Position numbers and translations under genes: made by a program. From the IMG/VR virus record IMGVR_UViG_3300021963_005223, positions 1 through 64,000 of that record: a DNA stretch of 64,000 bases; one strand, 5' to 3'. Below the pieces are notes generated by a model. It searched no databases and was not told the origin of the DNA. It worked only from the letters and a program-made list of their open reading frames with translations. Of this stretch, positions 16,584 to 25,955 are shown piece after piece (the stretch's first letter is position 1; every line of letters starts with the position of its first letter). This stretch comes from a virus.

Positions 16584-17503
16584 TGAAAATCGCAATTTGC
16601 TCAGATGTCCATTTAGAGTTTGGGCAGTTAAATTTGGAAAACACAGAAAATGCTGAGGTACTTGTTTTATCTGGTGATATTTGTACTGCTGTTGATCTTC
16701 GTGTCACCGATAGCATTCTTTCTTCTGCTAAAACTGATCGCTATCTTGAGTTTTTTACTGCTTGCAGTCGGAACTTCCCTCATGTTGTTTATATTATGGG
16801 GAATCACGAGCATTATCATGGTGACTATGCTACTTCTGCAAGTTATCTGAGAGATGCCATGAAACAATGTGGTGATAACATTCACTTTCTTGACAAAGAA
16901 GTCTGGGAACATAAAGACCACGTGTTTATCGGTGGCACTTTGTGGACTGATATGAATGGTGAAGATGAGATGACTATGAATCATGTGTCTCGTCGCATGA
17001 ATGACTTTCAAATATGTAAGAATAGTCTACGTGAGGTTACTTTCAAGACATTTGTACCTAAAGAAAAACCAGAAGGTATGAGTGATGAAGACTTTAATCT
17101 TCTTCCATACGAACAGCGTTACAAGAATGTGTTTAAAACTCGTGAAGCAACTTTGTCTCCACATGATGTAGTGCAAGACCACAAAGCCATGTTGAAGTTT
17201 ATTGAAGACACATACAATAATACTCCTTTATCGAAGACTGTTGTTGTTTGTACGCATCATGCACCAAGCAAAGGTTCTGAGCATCCTCGCTATAAACACG
17301 ATTCACTGATGAATGGTGCATACAACTCACAGTTGGATAAGTTTATCATGGATCGTCCAGGAATCAAATTGTGGACTCATGGTCATACTCATGAAGACTT
17401 TGACTACATGATTAAGCATTGTCGTGTTGTTTGTAATCCACGTGGTTATATTGACTACGAAGAACGTGCAGATCGTTTTCAACTTAAATTTGTGGAGGTT
17501 TAG
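16583..17503 (+). CDS. calcineurin-like metallophosphoesterase
   Basis: SDVHLE, LSGDI, GNHEHY, THHAP, HGHTH, NPRGY. Confidence 0.9.
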   Translation: MKIAICSDVHLEFGQLNLENTENAEVLVLSGDICTAVDLRVTDSILSSAKTDRYLEFFTACSRNFPHVVYIMGNHEHYHGDYATSASYLRDAMKQCGDNIHFLDKEVWEHKDHVFIGGTLWTDMNGEDEMTMNHVSRRMNDFQICKNSLREVTFKTFVPKEKPEGMSDEDFNLLPYEQRYKNVFKTREATLSPHDVVQDHKAMLKFIEDTYNNTPLSKTVVVCTHHAPSKGSEHPRYKHDSLMNGAYNSQLDKFIMDRPGIKLWTHGHTHEDFDYMIKHCRVVCNPRGYIDYEERADRFQLKFVEV

Positions 17504-17504
17504 T

Positions 17505-17840
17505 ATGAGCCAATATTTTCCTGACAAGTGGGTCGTTGTAAAAATCTCTGGATCTGATACTCCACCTATACATAAAGTATTTGCTAGTTGGTATGGTGGA
17601 TATGCAGGTTCAGATTCTTGGAAACTTAATAGTGGAATTACTAGAGCCATGTTAGATGGTACTGTATATTCATTTGATGGTTCGTCAGGATCAATCTATT
17701 ATTGTAATAGAGAATCCTATGGACTTAGTAGTTATGGTAATAGTGTTCTTTCGAGGATGATCAATAACGCTGCAGAGAATAATGTGTTGATTGAGATTCT
17801 TCCCGAGGAAACTAATTGGTTGGAGATACATTATGAGTAA
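17505..17840 (+). CDS. conserved phage hypothetical protein
   Basis: PDKWVVVKI...GGYAGSDSWKLNSGI. Confidence 0.7.
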   Translation: MSQYFPDKWVVVKISGSDTPPIHKVFASWYGGYAGSDSWKLNSGITRAMLDGTVYSFDGSSGSIYYCNRESYGLSSYGNSVLSRMINNAAENNVLIEILPEETNWLEIHYE

Positions 17841-18012
17841 GTGGACAATTATTGTAGAAGAAGATCCAGAAACAAAAGAACTAATGCTTCCTTTCTCTGA
17901 TGATATGCTTGCTGAGGTTGGATGGAAAGAGGGTGATGTCCTCGAATGGATTGATAATAAAAATGGAAGCTGGACTTTGAGGAAGAAAGATGAAATCACA
18001 AAAACAGATTGA
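17833..18012 (+). CDS. AbrB/MazE-like DNA-binding protein
   Basis: LMLPFSDDMLAEVGWKEGDVLEW. Confidence 0.65.
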   Translation: MSKWTIIVEEDPETKELMLPFSDDMLAEVGWKEGDVLEWIDNKNGSWTLRKKDEITKTD

Positions 18013-18152
18013 ACAACACATCGAGGATATTCATAACAAGATTTGTCCTAATGAGATCGAGGAAGCAGTTGCATTTCTTTATGCGCAAGTTCTAAGACTC
18101 AAAGATGAAAATCAAGAACTTAAAGATAAAATCAAATTGATGGAGCAAGATT

Positions 18153-18458
18153 ATGCCTAAGTTTACACTAATTGCAGAACATACGGATCTTTATGGTAAG
18201 CCAGATGGCACCAAAGTGAATTACGAATTTTTTGTTGACACTTTAGACAATGTTCTAGAGCATGTTGATTTGTTTATTCGTGGTTGTGGGTATAACCCAA
18301 CTGGCAATTTAGATTATGTTCCTGATGAAGAATATTATGGAACAGGTCCAGAATGGTATAACGAAGAATTCGAAACACCTACGGACACTAAATACAACCC
18401 CGATCAAAAAGAAGTAGGTCATTCAGCTTATTTTTATGATACGGAGAGAAACAGATGA
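18153..18458 (+). CDS. hypothetical protein
   Basis: ORF in an operon-like run. Confidence 0.6.
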   Translation: MPKFTLIAEHTDLYGKPDGTKVNYEFFVDTLDNVLEHVDLFIRGCGYNPTGNLDYVPDEEYYGTGPEWYNEEFETPTDTKYNPDQKEVGHSAYFYDTERNR

Positions 18459-18829
18459 GTAAAGTATTTACTGATGTGCAAGTTTTTATGCGTTCCGCTG
18501 GGCAAAAAATCGGAGAAGATAATTACGATCAAGCAGATCTTTACTCTAGTTTAATTGACGAAGAGTATCGTGAATACATTGATGCACTTCGTGACCACGA
18601 CGACGCAGAAACGATCGATGCTTGCTTCGATATGATTTGGGTTATTGTTGGCTACATGCACTCACGTGGCTGGGATTGTGAAAATATCTGGGACGAGGGT
18701 GCAGCATCTAATCTTGCCAAGATTGATAGACTAACTGGTAAAGTTATTCGAAGAGAAGATGGTAAGATCTTAAAACCCGAAGGTTGGAAACCACCCAACT
18801 TTCATCAATTTGTAAAAGTAAAAAAATAA
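18455..18829 (+). CDS. MazG-like NTP pyrophosphohydrolase
   Basis: LIDEEYRE...IDACFD...SNLAK...RREDGKILKP. Confidence 0.8.
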   Translation: MSKVFTDVQVFMRSAGQKIGEDNYDQADLYSSLIDEEYREYIDALRDHDDAETIDACFDMIWVIVGYMHSRGWDCENIWDEGAASNLAKIDRLTGKVIRREDGKILKPEGWKPPNFHQFVKVKK

Positions 18830-18842
18830 AAAAGGTAGTACC

Positions 18843-19364
18843 ATGAATATTAAACTTTATTTAGATATGGATGGCGTGATAGCAGATTTTGACACAGCGT
18901 ATACTGCGATTCAATCTATGTCAGCTGATGGAAGAAAGTTTCGCAAAGCTGTAATGGATTATAAAATCTTTAACGATCTTGATTTTATGCCAGACGCAGA
19001 ACAACTGCTGAACCATGTTAAAACACTCAAAGATGTTGATATTGAAATTTTGACATCGATGGGAACATTTGATCCATTCGTTGGACAAGAAGTTCGTAAA
19101 CAAAAAAGTCATTGGTTGAAAGAAAGAAACATCAACTATAAACCAAATTTCGTTCGTATGAAAGCAGAAAAAGCAAAGTATGCAACAAACCCTTATGGGG
19201 TTGCGGTTCCAAACATTTTAGTTGATGATTCAGTAGGATGTGTAGAACCATTTGATAAAGCAGGTGGTCGCGGAATTTTGCACACTAGTGCAGCAACAAC
19301 AATTCCATTACTTGATTCAACAATTTTACAAGTCAGAGCACTTAACGGATTAAGACTAGGATGA
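18843..19364 (+). CDS. HAD-family 5'(3')-deoxyribonucleotidase
   Basis: YLDMDGVIADF, ILVDD, GGRGILH. Confidence 0.85.
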   Translation: MNIKLYLDMDGVIADFDTAYTAIQSMSADGRKFRKAVMDYKIFNDLDFMPDAEQLLNHVKTLKDVDIEILTSMGTFDPFVGQEVRKQKSHWLKERNINYKPNFVRMKAEKAKYATNPYGVAVPNILVDDSVGCVEPFDKAGGRGILHTSAATTIPLLDSTILQVRALNGLRLG

Positions 19365-19648
19365 ATGATTTATTTGCAACCACTTTCAGATGGATAAAAG
19401 ATGACTGGAACTCTAACCCATTTCGTTTCTTTATTGAAATCCTCGCTTGGGCTATCAGTATCGGCTGTAGTATCACTATGGCTCTCACTGTTCCAACTCC
19501 GCCATTACTTATACTTTATCCTATCTGGATTGCTGGTTGCGCTATGTATGCTTGGGCTGCTTATACTAGGAAATCGTTTGGGATGTTGGCTAACTACATG
19601 TTACTGGTGACGATTGACTTTATTGGATTGATTAGGATGTTAACATGA
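19361..19648 (+). CDS. small membrane protein
   Basis: Three hydrophobic segments. Confidence 0.65.
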   Translation: MNDLFATTFRWIKDDWNSNPFRFFIEILAWAISIGCSITMALTVPTPPLLILYPIWIAGCAMYAWAAYTRKSFGMLANYMLLVTIDFIGLIRMLT

Positions 19649-19799
19649 ACTTTAGATTCTGGTTACAAGAAATGTGGATGAAACATAAAGATGAATATGT
19701 TGAACTTGGAATTTCTATTCCAGAATCTAATGCGCAAGAATATTTCCGTAAATACAAGTATTGGTTGAAACGTGAATACAAACATCAAATGAGGAACAA

Positions 19800-20336
19800 G
19801 TGAATATATTTTATCTACATCATGATACAAAAATTTGTGCAGAAATGCACGTTGATAAACATTGCGTAAAGATGATTCTCGAATATGCTCAACTACTATC
19901 TACTGCTCATCGTGTCCTTGATGGTCACGAGTCCATTACTACTTCGGTTTCTGGGCGTAAGAAAAAAACTTGGACTATTAGCGATCATCGCAACGATGTC
20001 CTTTACAGTGCTACCCATATTAATCATCCTTCGGCTATTTGGGTAAGACAATCGCTTGAAAATTATCAATGGTTATACAATATGTTCCGTGATTTAATTA
20101 AGGAATATAATTATCGTTATGGTAAAGTGCATAAGTGTTCTATGTTGCTTGGCGACTTACAGTATCCACCAAACAATATTCCTAAAGATAAACCATTTAC
20201 TGAACCGACTCCAGCTATGCCAGATCATTACAAGGTAGCAGGAGATTCGGTTTCGTCATATAAAAATTATTATCTGGGCGATAAACAAAGAATGTTTTCT
20301 TGGAAAAATCGTCCAACTCCGTCTTGGATTTGCTAA
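19800..20336 (+). CDS. pyrimidine-dimer DNA glycosylase (DenV-like) family protein
   Basis: MNIFYL...DKHCVKMILEYAQLLSTAH, THINHPS. Confidence 0.75.
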   Translation: MNIFYLHHDTKICAEMHVDKHCVKMILEYAQLLSTAHRVLDGHESITTSVSGRKKKTWTISDHRNDVLYSATHINHPSAIWVRQSLENYQWLYNMFRDLIKEYNYRYGKVHKCSMLLGDLQYPPNNIPKDKPFTEPTPAMPDHYKVAGDSVSSYKNYYLGDKQRMFSWKNRPTPSWIC

Positions 20337-20344
20337 ATACAATT

Positions 20345-20584
20345 ATGCCTACATATACTTTTATTGATAATAATACTAACGAGAAGTTTGATAAATTTCT
20401 GAAAATTGCGGATCGTGAGCAATTCCTCAACGACAATCCCCATATTCAATCAGTTATAACTGCACCAGCAATTACAGGCGATCATGTATCTGTTAAAAAG
20501 GATACAGGGTTCAAGGAGGTACTGCAAAAAATTAACGAAAGAAATCCACACAACGATTTAGGTAAAACTTCCTCACAATTATAA
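20345..20584 (+). CDS. FmdB-like small protein (MPTYTF...)
   Basis: Typical gene upstream of phoH in T4-like phages. CTAAATA late box just upstream. Confidence 0.65.
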   Translation: MPTYTFIDNNTNEKFDKFLKIADREQFLNDNPHIQSVITAPAITGDHVSVKKDTGFKEVLQKINERNPHNDLGKTSSQL

Positions 20585-20599
20585 CCACAAGGATTTTTA

Positions 20600-21367
20600 A
20601 TGGCTCGCACATCAGCTGCAAAGAAAGTGGTAGACATTCATTATGACGAGCGTGAAACAAAACCTACTGCCAATAATCAGTTAAAGTTACGTTTAGATAA
20701 TTTAAAAACTTTTCAACCACTTACTGATAATCAGAAATTATTTTTTGATGCATATAAAACTGGCGATTATTTTATAGCATTACACGGAGTAGCAGGTACT
20801 GGTAAAACTTTTATTGCTCTCTATAAAGCAATTGAAGAAGTTCTTGATAAATCAAATCCCTTCAATAAAATTATTGTAGTTCGTTCTGCGGTTCAATCTC
20901 GAGAAATTGGTCATCTTCCAGGCGACGTTAACGAGAAGATGGATATTTACGAACAACCGTATCGTCAAATTTGTCATCAGTTGTTTGATCGTAAAGATGC
21001 ATGGGATCGTTTAGAGGAACAGGGATATATTCAGTTTATTTCAACGTCTTTTATTCGTGGTATGTCTTTCGATAATGCAATTATTATTGTTGATGAGATG
21101 CAAAACTTGACATATGAAGAAATTGATACAGTTATGACACGTGTTGGTCATATGTCTAAGATTATTTGGTGTGGTGACTATCGTCAGACTGATCTAAATA
21201 AACGAAAGAACGATGTTACTGGTATTTTGAAATTTTTTGATATTGCACAGCACATGAAATCATTTACACGCATTGAGTTTACTGTAGATGATATCGTTCG
21301 TTCATCATTAGTTAAAGATTATATTTTGGCTAAATTAAAGTACGAAGATCACGAGGACAAAAAATGA
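20600..21367 (+). CDS. phoH: PhoH-family ATPase
   Basis: GVAGTGKT, GHLPGD, FIRGMSF, DEMQN, GDYRQTD, DIVRS. Confidence 0.95.
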   Translation: MARTSAAKKVVDIHYDERETKPTANNQLKLRLDNLKTFQPLTDNQKLFFDAYKTGDYFIALHGVAGTGKTFIALYKAIEEVLDKSNPFNKIIVVRSAVQSREIGHLPGDVNEKMDIYEQPYRQICHQLFDRKDAWDRLEEQGYIQFISTSFIRGMSFDNAIIIVDEMQNLTYEEIDTVMTRVGHMSKIIWCGDYRQTDLNKRKNDVTGILKFFDIAQHMKSFTRIEFTVDDIVRSSLVKDYILAKLKYEDHEDKK

Positions 21368-21984
21368 TAACAGCAGAACAATTTAAACACTTATTCCCAC
21401 GTGCTCAAGATCCAGCATCGTGGGCTGAGTCGATGAATAACGTATTCCCAACTTATGACATTAATACACCACATCGTGTAGCAGCATTCCTTGCTCAGTG
21501 TGGACATGAGTCTGGTGGTTGGACAGTATTCGAAGAAAACTTAAATTACTCAGCACAAGGTTTATGCAGTATTTTTAAGAAGTATTTTCCTACACTTGAA
21601 TCAGCAACACCATATGCACGCAAGCCAGAAATGATTGCTAATAAAGTTTATGGTGGACGTATGGGTAATGGACCAGAAGAATCTGGCGATGGCTGGAAAT
21701 ATCGTGGACGTGGTCCAATTCAGTTAACAGGAAAATCTAACTATATGCAGTTTGCCAAGGATATGTTTGAAGATTGGGAAAATCTTTTCGCAAATCCAGA
21801 TTGGGTTACTGCAGATCGTGATTTTGCATTAATGTCAGCTATTTGGTTCTGGAATAAAAACGGATTAAATAAAGAAGCAGACGCAGGTGATATCAAGACA
21901 ATGACAAGAAAGATTAATGGTGGATTTATTGGTCTTGATGATAGAATTAAACATTACAACGAAGCTATTCATTTGTTAACATAA
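21364..21984 (+). CDS. GH19-family endolysin
   Basis: AAFLAQCGHES, ENLNYS, YRGRGPIQLTG, TRKINGG. Confidence 0.92.
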   Translation: MITAEQFKHLFPRAQDPASWAESMNNVFPTYDINTPHRVAAFLAQCGHESGGWTVFEENLNYSAQGLCSIFKKYFPTLESATPYARKPEMIANKVYGGRMGNGPEESGDGWKYRGRGPIQLTGKSNYMQFAKDMFEDWENLFANPDWVTADRDFALMSAIWFWNKNGLNKEADAGDIKTMTRKINGGFIGLDDRIKHYNEAIHLLT

Positions 21985-22775
21985 TGAAATACAAAACGAT
22001 ATTCATAAGTGATGTCCACTTAGGTACTCGTGATTGTCAAGCAAATAAATTAAATAATTTTCTTAAACATAATACTTGCGAAACTTTATATCTTGTAGGA
22101 GATATAATTGATGCTTGGAAAATACAGCAAAATAAGTGGAGATGGAAACAACCACACACTAATGTTGTAAGAAGAATACTTGGTCATGCTAAACGTGGGA
22201 CAAGAGTTGTATATGTAGCAGGAAATCATGATGAATTCTTAAGACCGATGATTCCATATGGATTTTCTTTTGGTCTGATTGAAATAATAAATCAAACAGA
22301 ACATATTGGTATAGATGGAAAACGCTATCTTGTAACTCATGGTGATTTGTTTGATGGCATTACTCGTCTCGCTCCTTGGCTAGCGTTTCTTGGAGATAAA
22401 CTTTATGACTTCGTACTTGAATGGAATTCAAGATTTAATTGGGTTCGTCATAAACTGGGATTTGGTTATTGGAGTCTGAGTAAATATCTAAAACATAAAG
22501 TTAAGAAAGCATCTGACTTTATGTTTCAGTTTGAAAAGAATCTTGCTGGGTATTGCAAGAAACGTGGCTTTGATGGTGTTATATGTGGGCATATCCACCA
22601 CGCAGAAATAAAAGAAATTGATGGCGTCGTTTATATGAACGATGGTGATTGGGTTGAATCTTGTACTGCACTCGTTGAGCATTATGATGGTCGCTGGGAA
22701 ATAGTAACTTGGACCAAGGAGAATGACAATGTGGTTAATGATGTTGATAGCAGTGCACATAAACAACCCGAATGA
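21984..22775 (+). CDS. PlcP-like / LpxH-family metallophosphoesterase
   Basis: FISDVHLG, LVGDIID, GNHDEFLR, HGDLFD, ICGHIH, NDGDWVES. Confidence 0.85.
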   Translation: MKYKTIFISDVHLGTRDCQANKLNNFLKHNTCETLYLVGDIIDAWKIQQNKWRWKQPHTNVVRRILGHAKRGTRVVYVAGNHDEFLRPMIPYGFSFGLIEIINQTEHIGIDGKRYLVTHGDLFDGITRLAPWLAFLGDKLYDFVLEWNSRFNWVRHKLGFGYWSLSKYLKHKVKKASDFMFQFEKNLAGYCKKRGFDGVICGHIHHAEIKEIDGVVYMNDGDWVESCTALVEHYDGRWEIVTWTKENDNVVNDVDSSAHKQPE

Positions 22776-22902
22776 CATTCCAGGAAGAATAAATTTACAA
22801 TTTCAAACTCAACAACAGTGTGAACAAACTCTACAAACAATGACTTATTGGTTAAAGTTTGAACAATTTAAGATTGAAGGTAAATGTCAAAAATTAAGTT
22901 AG
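22729..22902 (+). CDS. small hypothetical protein
   Basis: 57-aa ORF (MWLMMLIAVH...) bridging its neighbours, AGGAG upstream. Confidence 0.45.
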   Translation: MWLMMLIAVHINNPNDIPGRINLQFQTQQQCEQTLQTMTYWLKFEQFKIEGKCQKLS

Positions 22903-23603
22903 AAGAAAAGATAACAATAGTTGTTCCATGTAAGAATGAAGAAAATTATATTTCTCACTTACTTGACCATCTAAAGAAACAAAACATTGGTAATACTCGC
23001 ATTATTATTGCAGATGCTTCTACGGATAATACAAGAGAAGTTATTGCTAATAATAAAGGTAATTTGAATGTTGAGATTATCGATGGCGGACCAGTTTCTA
23101 TTGCAAAAAATAATGGGGCGAAACTTGCAACTACACCATATATTCTATTCATTGATAGTGATGTAAGATTTTTTAAAGATACAGTTATATTTGACACTAT
23201 TAAAGAATTAGAGTATAATAATCTTGACATGATTGGATTATATGCAAAATGTTACGATGGTGACATTAGAGCACAAATTGGGTTTATGATATTTAATGCT
23301 ATCAATGATATGATGAAACATTGGGTACCATTTGCGGTTGGTGCTTATATGTTAACACGAAGAGATAAATTTGAAGAGTATGGTGGATTCCCTGCTAAAT
23401 ATGGCACTAGCGAAGATTTCTTTTTATCAAAAAAGTATGATGTAAAGAAATTCAAATTAGTCAACCATTATTTTGGACAGGATAGTAGAAGGTTTCATAA
23501 AATGGGATACTTTGGCATGGCTTGGTATCTAATTAAAAACTTTTTTAATAGAAATAATGAAAATTATTGGAATGAAATAGATTATACGAAATATTGGAAA
23601 TGA
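22884..23603 (+). CDS. family 2 glycosyltransferase
   Basis: IVVPCKNEE, DASTD, FIDSD, ED motif. Confidence 0.9.
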   Translation: MSKIKLEEKITIVVPCKNEENYISHLLDHLKKQNIGNTRIIIADASTDNTREVIANNKGNLNVEIIDGGPVSIAKNNGAKLATTPYILFIDSDVRFFKDTVIFDTIKELEYNNLDMIGLYAKCYDGDIRAQIGFMIFNAINDMMKHWVPFAVGAYMLTRRDKFEEYGGFPAKYGTSEDFFLSKKYDVKKFKLVNHYFGQDSRRFHKMGYFGMAWYLIKNFFNRNNENYWNEIDYTKYWK

Positions 23604-24253
23604 AAACATTTATACATCATGAATTTCCCAAACTTGAACGTGATACAAAACCCGATGGTACGAGAGTATATAAAACACCATCGGGTCGAGCCTATCCCTC
23701 CGTCACCACAGTTACGGGACTGCACTCAAAACAATCAATCATGGAGTGGAGAAAGAAAGTCGGAGAAGAAGCAGCAAACAAAATCTCCAACAGAGCAGCC
23801 ACTCGAGGAACAAGAATACATACCCTCTGCGAATCCTATTTGCGTGGAGAGTCTACTGAACCAGATATATTCGATCAAGAAATATATAAAGGGTTAGTTC
23901 CGTATCTCGATAAAATAAATAACATACATGCATTAGAAGATCCACTTTATTCTGACCATTTAGAAGTTGCAGGAACAGTTGATTGTATTGCAGAATATGA
24001 TGGTAAACTTGCAGTTATAGATTTTAAAACTTCTTCGAAAGTTAAACAGCGTGACTGGATTACTGGTTATTTTATGCAAACATCTGCGTATGCTGTTGCA
24101 TTCGAAGAGAGAACTGGGATACCAGTTGGACGTATGGTTATTATAATGGGTGTTGATGACCACGAACCACTTATTTTTGAAGAAAAGAGAGATGATTGGA
24201 TCGGCGAGTTTGTAAAATTGCGACAAGAATACAAACAAATTAAAAATATTTGA
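23594..24253 (+). CDS. PD-(D/E)XK exonuclease
   Basis: YPSVTTV, RGTRIH, AGTVDC, IDFKTS. Confidence 0.85.
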   Translation: MEMKTFIHHEFPKLERDTKPDGTRVYKTPSGRAYPSVTTVTGLHSKQSIMEWRKKVGEEAANKISNRAATRGTRIHTLCESYLRGESTEPDIFDQEIYKGLVPYLDKINNIHALEDPLYSDHLEVAGTVDCIAEYDGKLAVIDFKTSSKVKQRDWITGYFMQTSAYAVAFEERTGIPVGRMVIIMGVDDHEPLIFEEKRDDWIGEFVKLRQEYKQIKNI

Positions 24254-24278
24254 CAAATATGAGAAAGTAGGGTATAAT
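24250..24278 (+). promoter_or_regulatory. consensus sigma70 promoter upstream of tmRNA
   Basis: TTGACA-17-TATAAT. Confidence 0.8.
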
Positions 24279-24430
24279 GTTATTAAATGCTGAAATCGCA
24301 CCTAATATAATTATATTAGAAGAACGTAAACTTCCTGAAGGTTGGAAAGAAGGAGATATGTTTAAAGTTATTATTGGTGCGAATGGACAAGTTACACTAA
24401 TCAAGTCAACGCAAGATGGTGTAATGTAAG

Positions 24431-24718
24431 AATTGCTGTATGAAGCAATGAGAAAGGTGTTCTGGACGTGGGTTCGACTCCCACCACCTCCACCTGAACA
24501 TATTCCGAACCGAGTTATCGGTAGCAAAGCGAAACGCTGAGTATGTTCAGGTGGGGGTGCCATGGTTTCGACAGGGCAATGAGTAACAGAGTGGACAGCA
24601 CGACACAGAGAGTCGTAAAAAGTAAAAAACGTAAACGCAAACGACGCACAGTTCGCATTAGCAGCCTAAACACTGCTTAGGGTTTCGGTAGGTTTCCTCG
24701 TAACAGAATAACCTACCA
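24431..24718 (+). ncRNA. ssrA: circularly permuted (two-piece) tmRNA, tag ANDAQFALAA
   Basis: T arm and acceptor 3' strand (24468-24492) precede the 5' strand GGGGGTG (24553). G3:U pair. Tag frame 24637-24669. Confidence 0.92.
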
Positions 24719-24832
24719 CGAATTAGTGAAGTCTTTGCTCATAATTGGCAACCGATATCCTTGATATCTTGTACCAAGAAAAGTGACGACATTAATGTGC
24801 AGTAAATCATTAACTTTTATTAAGGAACTATC

Positions 24833-25045
24833 ATGAAATCAATTATCGCATTAGTAATGTTGGCATTTGCAACTGTTTCGTTTGCAGCTGAACCTGCAAA
24901 GAAGCCAGAAGCAAAGAAAGAAGAAACAAACTGCGTAACTAAGGACAAACAAGGTAAATGTCCTCCAGCACCTAAGTCTGAGAAACCTACTCCTAAGAAA
25001 GTAGAGAAGAAAGACGACAAGACAGCTGATGCAGCAAAAAAGTAA
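24833..25045 (+). CDS. small secreted Lys/Pro-rich protein
   Basis: Signal peptide, AAGGA RBS. Confidence 0.7.
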   Translation: MKSIIALVMLAFATVSFAAEPAKKPEAKKEETNCVTKDKQGKCPPAPKSEKPTPKKVEKKDDKTADAAKK

Positions 25046-25128
25046 TACCTAAATAATAGACAGTGGGTTGATGGATCCCAATAAAACCATCATTACACAC
25101 AACTCATAAACACACAAAGGAGTAAAAC

Positions 25129-25398
25129 ATGAGTAATATGACCCCGTTCGAGATTCGCCTAGAACTTTTAAAAATGGCGAAAGACATGCTTAATGACGAA
25201 TATTATGGTAAGCGTGAACAAATTAGCAACGACTGGCATGTAAAAGTCGACTCTGCTAAAATCAATGGTGGAACTATTCCAGAACATCCTGGGTTTCCAT
25301 CTTATCCAAGTGAAGCCGATATTATTGCGAAAGCAACTGCTCTCAATGGTTTCGTTTCAAACATCCCAGTAGATACAAAGACTAAGAAGTCCACCTGA
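25129..25398 (+). CDS. conserved hypothetical protein (PFEIRLELLKMAKDML)
   Basis: AAGGAG RBS, late box upstream. Confidence 0.75.
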   Translation: MSNMTPFEIRLELLKMAKDMLNDEYYGKREQISNDWHVKVDSAKINGGTIPEHPGFPSYPSEADIIAKATALNGFVSNIPVDTKTKKST

Positions 25399-25452
25399 TA
25401 GGGATTGGAGTGTGCAGTCACATGCACACTCTTTAACTTACTAAGGAGATTT

Positions 25453-25953
25453 ATGAAATTAATCCGAGTAACATTCATTTCAATAGCAGTAATGATAGCT
25501 GTTACAGCAGCTGTTACGTTTTATGATAAGGGTTATACAATACTCGATATCAAATATGGTCAGTTGACCAGTGATGCCAGAAAACAGGTAGACTGTTTGG
25601 CTGAAAACATTTATTATGAAGCAGGATATGAGCCACGTGATGGCCAAGTTGCTGTTGCCATGGTCACATTAAATCGTGTACAGGATCCAAGATTCCCAAA
25701 AGACATTTGCGGAGTTGTAAAACAAAAAACACAAAGTACTTGTCAGTTCTCTTGGTTTTGTGAGCCAAGAAAATACATAAACCAAAATGTTTATAAAGAT
25801 AATTTAGAAGTTGCGTTGTATGTATACGCAAACTATGAAAATTTGCCAGACAACACTAATGGCGCAAAGTTTTACCATGCCGACTACGTTAACCCTAAAT
25901 GGAAGTTGGAGAAAACTACTAAAATCGGTAGACACATTTTTTACAGGGATTAA
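25453..25953 (+). CDS. SleB / Hydrolase_2 cell wall hydrolase
   Basis: CLAENIYYEA, VAMVTLNRV, CQFSW, IGRHIFY. Confidence 0.9.
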   Translation: MKLIRVTFISIAVMIAVTAAVTFYDKGYTILDIKYGQLTSDARKQVDCLAENIYYEAGYEPRDGQVAVAMVTLNRVQDPRFPKDICGVVKQKTQSTCQFSWFCEPRKYINQNVYKDNLEVALYVYANYENLPDNTNGAKFYHADYVNPKWKLEKTTKIGRHIFYRD

Positions 25954-25955
25954 AG

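Noticed and set aside
23594-24253. Cas4 / CRISPR association
   Set aside because: A common stand-alone exonuclease of T4-like phages, with no array or other cas genes
24240-24563. 107-aa minus-strand ORF
   Set aside because: Antisense to the tmRNA
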